Of a DNA stretch of 30,594 nt, positions 25,760 to 30,594 are shown piece after piece. Location: assembly GCA_902772745.1 (NCBI GenBank), contig CACYBV010000037.1:1-30594 (forward strand). Direction: 5' to 3'. Position 1 is the first letter of the stretch. Each line of letters starts with the position of its first letter. The notes beneath the pieces were generated by a model. It searched no databases. It was not told where the DNA came from and worked only from the letters and a program-made list of their open reading frames with translations. The DNA comes from an uncultured Eubacteriales bacterium (GTDB lineage: Bacteria > Bacillota > Clostridia > Lachnospirales > Lachnospiraceae). Position numbers and translations under genes: made by a program.

Positions 25760-26233
25760 ATGCTGACGACACTTTGTTATATCGAGCAGGACGGGAAATA
25801 CCTGATGCTGCTTAGAAACCGTAAAAAGAAGGACATCAATAAAGGCAAATGGATCGGCGTCGGCGGACGCTTCAAAGAAGGAGAGACGCCCGAAGAGTGC
25901 CTCATACGGGAGGTCCGGGAAGAGACCGGGCTCACGCTCCTTTCGTGGCAGTTCCGGGGAGTCGTTACCTTTCGCCAGGATCTAGGAGAAACCGAGTATA
26001 TGCACCTGTTTACGGCAGACCGGTTCAGCGGGGAGCTTACGGACTGTGATGAGGGCGAACTTTCGTGGATAGCGAAGGAGGACATCTTTTCTCTGAACCT
26101 CTGGGAAGGGGACAGGGTGTTTTTAGAACCTCTGCTGTGCGGCGTTCCGTTTTTTACGGCCTCACTGAAGTACGAAGGGGAGCGGCTTTCGGAAAGCGAA
26201 ATACGGATTTATATTGACAGGCAGGACGGCTGA
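25760..26233 (+). CDS. NUDIX hydrolase, 8-oxo-dGTP diphosphatase-like
   Basis: MLTTLCYIE...YLMLLR...KWIGVGGRFKEGETPEECLIREVREETGL and CDEGELSW...LWEGD. Confidence 0.9.
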   Translation: MLTTLCYIEQDGKYLMLLRNRKKKDINKGKWIGVGGRFKEGETPEECLIREVREETGLTLLSWQFRGVVTFRQDLGETEYMHLFTADRFSGELTDCDEGELSWIAKEDIFSLNLWEGDRVFLEPLLCGVPFFTASLKYEGERLSESEIRIYIDRQDG

Positions 26234-26258
26234 AAGAAAGCCGTGTAAGGAGTGTTTT

Positions 26259-27026
26259 ATGGAAACGGTAAAGCTGATTGTGATCATTCTTGTAAGCCTT
26301 TTCGTGTTTACGGGCGGGATCCTGTTCCTTCTATGGTTTTTCCGGGACCGCTTTGTCCCGAAGGTGCCGGAGAGCGGACGGAATCCCGAAGAGGACCCGG
26401 AAGAAGCGGCGTATGCACCGTATGTTTCGGAACCCGTCCGGTCTTCAGAGGCACTAAACAGCCGTCCGGCCTATGCTTCGGCGCCTGCGGGGCCTGCGTA
26501 TACGCCGTATCAGCCGGATACCGGAGACTACGGTTACGGGGATGATGAGGACTATGACGATTATCCGGAAGAAAACATGGATTCTGAGCAGGATTATGAT
26601 GCATCTTCGTCAGCGGCGGATTCCGGGCCTTCTGCGGCGCATCTTTCGGACCTGCTCGACTGCATTTATCTTCCCGGAAGGCGGCTTTCCGAGTGCGGAA
26701 TTCCCGGCGATTATATTTCCGGGGATGGGACGGAAGTGCCTGTCGACGGCGATCTTTTCGGCGAATACGCATACGGCGGACTGACGCTTTCAGGGGACGG
26801 CTCCGATGACCCGACGATTGACAGTTTCTACATCATCGGATCGGGCCTGAGTTTTTCCGAGTACGGCGAGCGTTTCAGGGAACGCTTCGGCGAATCCGTA
26901 TCGGAAGGAGAGCAGGAGGGAGAAGACGGTTCGAAGACAGAATATGCCGGATTTTCGACGGATTTCGGGACGCTGTGGCTCAGTAAAGGCTCCGGAAACG
27001 ACTATGTGAATATTAATTTCACATAA
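26259..27026 (+). CDS. Hypothetical single-TM protein with acidic linker and small C-terminal domain
   Basis: RBS AAGGAG, an N-terminal hydrophobic helix, a D/E/Y/P-rich middle and about 110 aa of globular-looking C-terminus. Confidence 0.7.
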   Translation: METVKLIVIILVSLFVFTGGILFLLWFFRDRFVPKVPESGRNPEEDPEEAAYAPYVSEPVRSSEALNSRPAYASAPAGPAYTPYQPDTGDYGYGDDEDYDDYPEENMDSEQDYDASSSAADSGPSAAHLSDLLDCIYLPGRRLSECGIPGDYISGDGTEVPVDGDLFGEYAYGGLTLSGDGSDDPTIDSFYIIGSGLSFSEYGERFRERFGESVSEGEQEGEDGSKTEYAGFSTDFGTLWLSKGSGNDYVNINFT

Positions 27027-27150
27027 GGAGACGGCTTTTTTCAGACGCTGATTCGCCCTGTGCCGTTTCAGCTGACGATTTCCGGCGCAGGAATCCCGTC
27101 CGGGTACAGAGTATACGGCGGGATCCTTAAGAGAAGCTGACAGGAGTTTT

Positions 27151-28410
27151 ATGACAGAAAAGGTAATACTTGCAGGGATCAGAACAGAAGGCGAAAATGT
27201 CGAAGAATCGCTCCGGGAACTCTCGGAGCTTCTTCGTACGGCAGACGCGGAGGTTTTGGGAACCGTGATCCAGAACAGGGAAGCGATGCACCCCGGGACC
27301 TATCTCGGAAAAGGAAAAATCGAGGAACTCCGGGAGATGATATCGGATCTCGGAGCGACCGGGATTGTCTGCGACGACGAGCTTTCGCCGGCGCAGATGA
27401 AAAACCTGGAGGAACTTCTGGACACGAAGGTCATGGACCGGACAGTTGTGATCCTGGATATTTTTGCAACACACGCACATACCAATGAAGGCAAGCTGCA
27501 GGTCGAACTTGCGCAGTGCAGGTATTCGCTGACCCGGCTTTCGGGGTACGGGAAATCCATGTCCCGGCTCGGCGGCGGCATCGGGACCCGCGGTCCCGGC
27601 GAGACGAAACTCGAAACCGACCGCAGACGCATCCGCCGGCGGATTACGGTATTGAAGCAGGCGCTTTTGGACCTCGAGGCGCAGCGCAGCGTCCGAAGGT
27701 CCAGAAGGGAGAAGAACGCGGTCCCGGTTGCGGCGATCGTCGGCTACACAAACGCCGGAAAATCCACGCTTTTAAACGCGCTGACCGGCTCCTCGGTGCT
27801 TTCCGAGGATAAACTTTTTGCGACCCTGGATCCGACCACCCGGAGCCTCACGCTGCCCGAAGGGGAGAATGTGCTGCTGACGGATACGGTCGGATTTATT
27901 CATAAACTGCCGCATCACCTGATCGACGCCTTCCGTTCGACGCTGGAGGAGGCGAAATACGCCGACATCATCCTGCATGTGACGGACGGATCGGATCCTG
28001 CATGCTATGAACATATGGCGGTCGTTTACGAGACGCTTCGGGGACTTGAGGTCCGGGGAAAACCCGTGATCACGCTTTTCAACAAGTGTGATCTCGTCCC
28101 TCCGGAACAGGTTTTCCGGGATCCGAACGCCGACCGGAGCCTCCGGATTTCAGCGAAAACCGGTGAAGGGCTCGATCGGCTTCAGCGGGAGATTCAGGGG
28201 ATTCTCCGCGAGAACCGGGTGGAAATCTCGACGACGGTTTCCTATCGTGACGCCGGGATCATTCACGAAATCCGCGAAAAGGGACAGCTTCTCTCGGAGG
28301 AATACGGAGAGGAAGGAATCCGGATCCGGGCGCTTCTCCCGAAGGCATTTTACCGGCAGATTCAGGCGCGGAAGGAGAGAAATCATAACGAGGAAGACGG
28401 AGGAGATTGA
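27151..28410 (+). CDS. hflX: GTPase HflX
   Basis: YLGKGKIEE, LSPAQMKNLE, QVELAQ, GIGTRGPGETKLETDRR, GYTNAGKST, LFATLDPT, DTVGFI and NKCD. Confidence 0.96.
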   Translation: MTEKVILAGIRTEGENVEESLRELSELLRTADAEVLGTVIQNREAMHPGTYLGKGKIEELREMISDLGATGIVCDDELSPAQMKNLEELLDTKVMDRTVVILDIFATHAHTNEGKLQVELAQCRYSLTRLSGYGKSMSRLGGGIGTRGPGETKLETDRRRIRRRITVLKQALLDLEAQRSVRRSRREKNAVPVAAIVGYTNAGKSTLLNALTGSSVLSEDKLFATLDPTTRSLTLPEGENVLLTDTVGFIHKLPHHLIDAFRSTLEEAKYADIILHVTDGSDPACYEHMAVVYETLRGLEVRGKPVITLFNKCDLVPPEQVFRDPNADRSLRISAKTGEGLDRLQREIQGILRENRVEISTTVSYRDAGIIHEIREKGQLLSEEYGEEGIRIRALLPKAFYRQIQARKERNHNEEDGGD

Positions 28411-28411
28411 A

Positions 28412-29920
28412 ATGGATTATACGAAACTTCAGAACGGCTCCGACGTACGGGGCGTCGCGATGGCCGGAGTCCCCGGAAAGGAAGTAAATCTGACGGAGGA
28501 CGCGGTCAAAAACATCATGCGGGGCTTTATCCGCTGGCTCTATGAAAAGACCGGAAAGATTCCCGGAAAGGACCGGCTCTCGGTCGCAGTCGGCAGGGAC
28601 TCGCGTCTTTCCGGGCCGGAGATCGTATTCTGGACCGTTTCCGCGGCGACGCAGGACGGGGTGACTGCGGTTGATGTGGGACTTGCGAGTACGCCGGCGA
28701 TGTTTATGTCGACGATCCTTCCCGGCTTCGAATTTGACGGCGCTGTGATGATCACTGCAAGCCACCTTCCCTGGGAGCGGAACGGCATGAAGTTTTTCAC
28801 GCGTCTCGGAGGTCTTGAAAGCTCGGATATCAGGGAAATCCTGCGCACGGCCGGCTGCCCGATGGAACCGCTTCCGAGGATTCCCGGCAGGGGAAACGAC
28901 GGCAGCCTGATGGATGCGTATTCCGCACACCTTCGTAAGCTCATTCAGGACGCGACCGGAAAGGAAGAGCCGCTTTCGGGGCTCCATATCGTGGTCGACG
29001 CCGGTTCCGGCGCGGGCGGATTTTACGCAGAGAAGGTGCTCAGGCCTCTCGGAGCAGACACCTCGGGCTCGGTGCTTCTTGATCCGGACGGACATTTCCC
29101 GGGGCATATCCCGAATCCGGAACTTCCGGAAGCGATGGAGAGCATCCGAAAGGCCGTCCTTGACAGCCGCGCGGATTTCGGCATCATTTTTGATACGGAT
29201 GTGGACCGTGCGGGCGCGGTGCTTTCGGACGGAAGGGAGCTGAACCGGAACGCGCTGATCGCGGTACTTTCTGCGATTCTTCTCCGGGAACATCCGGGCA
29301 CGTCGATCGTTACGGATTCGATCACTTCGACCGGGCTTACGGAATTCATCGAGAAGCACGGCGGCGTGCATCACCGTTTCAAACGCGGCTACCGCAACGT
29401 CATCAACGAATCGATCCGTCTGAACAGTGAAGGCATCGATTCGCAGCTTGCGATCGAAACCTCGGGGCATGCAGCGATGAAGGAGAATTATTTCCTCGAC
29501 GACGGCGCATATGTCGTGACACGGCTTCTTATCGAGCTTGCGAAGGGTGTGAAGCTGCAGGATCTTGTCGCGGACCTTCGGGAACCCGCGGAAGCCAGGG
29601 AATTCCGTTTCGACATCCTTGAGCCGGATTTCAGGAGCGCAGGAGAGGAGATCCTTGGGGATCTTCAGGCTTATGCATCCGCGCATGAAGGCTGGGAAGT
29701 GCTGAAGAATAATTACGAAGGCATCCGCGTCAATGCGGATTCGGCGCACGGAAACGGATGGTTCCTGCTCCGGATGTCGCTGCACGACCCGATCCTTCCC
29801 CTGAATATCGAATCGGACGATGCGGGCGGCGTAAAGCTGATTGCGGCGGATCTTGGCGAATTCCTCGCGCATTACGCGGGCCGGATCCGTACGGATGTAC
29901 TGAAAAACTTTCTCTCATAA
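28412..29920 (+). CDS. Phosphoglucomutase/phosphomannomutase family protein
   Basis: LQNGSDVRG, GRDSRLSG, TPAMF, ITASHLP (phospho-Ser), FDTDVDR (metal loop) and IETSGH. ATG 28412 has RBS GGAGG inside the hflX end; the ORF-track start at 28088 is an overlap artefact. Confidence 0.93.
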   Translation: MDYTKLQNGSDVRGVAMAGVPGKEVNLTEDAVKNIMRGFIRWLYEKTGKIPGKDRLSVAVGRDSRLSGPEIVFWTVSAATQDGVTAVDVGLASTPAMFMSTILPGFEFDGAVMITASHLPWERNGMKFFTRLGGLESSDIREILRTAGCPMEPLPRIPGRGNDGSLMDAYSAHLRKLIQDATGKEEPLSGLHIVVDAGSGAGGFYAEKVLRPLGADTSGSVLLDPDGHFPGHIPNPELPEAMESIRKAVLDSRADFGIIFDTDVDRAGAVLSDGRELNRNALIAVLSAILLREHPGTSIVTDSITSTGLTEFIEKHGGVHHRFKRGYRNVINESIRLNSEGIDSQLAIETSGHAAMKENYFLDDGAYVVTRLLIELAKGVKLQDLVADLREPAEAREFRFDILEPDFRSAGEEILGDLQAYASAHEGWEVLKNNYEGIRVNADSAHGNGWFLLRMSLHDPILPLNIESDDAGGVKLIAADLGEFLAHYAGRIRTDVLKNFLS

Positions 29921-29932
29921 GGGGATGCATCA

Positions 29933-30594
29933 ATGAAAAACAGACGTTTCTTCCTGCTTTGCTCTTTCCTTTCGAACGTTCTGGTCTTTGTGATGGCTTT
30001 CTATGCGGTCGGAAGTTCGATCCGCTACCACGGCGGCGGTGAATTCAACGGAACCGGTTTCCGAACCTTCCGTTACTTTACGACGGAATCGAACATACTC
30101 GCGGGAATCGTATCGCTCCTTGCGGCCGGATTCACGCTTCCGGTGCTTCTTGGGAAAAGGGAACGTGTTCCGAAATTCGCGCTTGTTCTGAAATATGTCG
30201 GCTCCTGTGCGGTTGCGCTGACTTTCTTTGTGGTGCTCGCATTCCTGGGACTGATCTACGGCTACGGGATGATGTACCGCGGTGCGAGTTTCTACATGCA
30301 CGGAATCGTACCGATCCTCGCGATGGTTTCATGGATCGTGTTTGACCGGGGAGCGCATCTTAAGATACAGGCCTTTCTTTTCGGCCTGATTCCCGTCGTT
30401 CTGTACGGCGTGATGTATTTTGTCCAGGTCGTGCTGAGAGGACCTGTCCGGGGCGGATGGGAAGATTTCTATGCTTTCACCCGCGGCGGGAAATGGTGGC
30501 TGAGCCTGATGATCGTCTTTGCCGGTGCGGCAGTGCTGTGTCTTCTGCTGCTTTTTCTGCATAACCGCTGCGACCGGTCGGGCGCTGCCGTCCA
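29933..30594 (+). CDS. Pr6Pr-like integral membrane protein, partial (runs off the window end; absent from the ORF track)
   Basis: MKNRRFFLL...RYFTTESN...YMHGIVP...LYGVMY...DFYAF. The frame stays open to the window end, and the YFTxxSN/HxxxP pattern is present. Confidence 0.7.
   Translation, partial: MKNRRFFLLCSFLSNVLVFVMAFYAVGSSIRYHGGGEFNGTGFRTFRYFTTESNILAGIVSLLAAGFTLPVLLGKRERVPKFALVLKYVGSCAVALTFFVVLAFLGLIYGYGMMYRGASFYMHGIVPILAMVSWIVFDRGAHLKIQAFLFGLIPVVLYGVMYFVQVVLRGPVRGGWEDFYAFTRGGKWWLSLMIVFAGAAVLCLLLLFLHNRCDRSGAAV

Noticed and set aside
8841-26233. Two NUDIX genes, the radical SAM gene and the deaminase as one nucleotide-sanitising system
   Set aside because: They are separated by terminators, strand switches and unrelated genes, so co-location is best explained by chance.
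27027-27150. hflXr-type antibiotic attenuator leader before hflX
   Set aside because: Only a modest hairpin (AGGAATCCCG/CGGGATCCT) is present, with no leader ORF with an RBS or terminator/antiterminator pair evident.

Overview
This 30.6 kb window looks like ordinary Firmicute core chromosome, with a gene set typical of Lachnospiraceae/Clostridia (inferred from DUF6145, dusB-greA-lysS and sigma-A promoters). I see no transposase, integrase, prophage or CRISPR array. It holds about 26 CDS (two cut by the window edges) and one tRNA-Gly(CCC). Gene order: pentose isomerase C-terminus, degV, xylB, Wzy-like membrane protein, two small conserved genes, dusB, tRNA-Gly, greA, lysS (fused to a tRNA-binding domain), NUDIX, zinc-ribbon/Pro-rich membrane protein, AmmeMemoRadiSam-type radical SAM, tex (-), SGNH hydrolase, AraC (-), Na/Pi cotransporter (-), large adenosine-deaminase-fold protein, Mrp/ApbC, membrane alpha/beta hydrolase, CDF transporter, NUDIX, hypothetical, hflX, phosphoglucomutase and a Pr6Pr-like membrane protein. 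The best candidate for an undescribed system is the ~812 aa deaminase at 19001-21439. Its C-terminal ~175 aa read like a SLOG/LOG nucleotide-binding fold, and it is transcribed divergently from a Na/Pi transporter-AraC pair. Other leads are a strongly structured tRNA-greA spacer, a CGTC-type REP-like element with a 13 bp direct repeat in the apbC leader, and a CDF with a Mn-type ND-DD site. All family calls come from motif recognition by eye; no database search was run.
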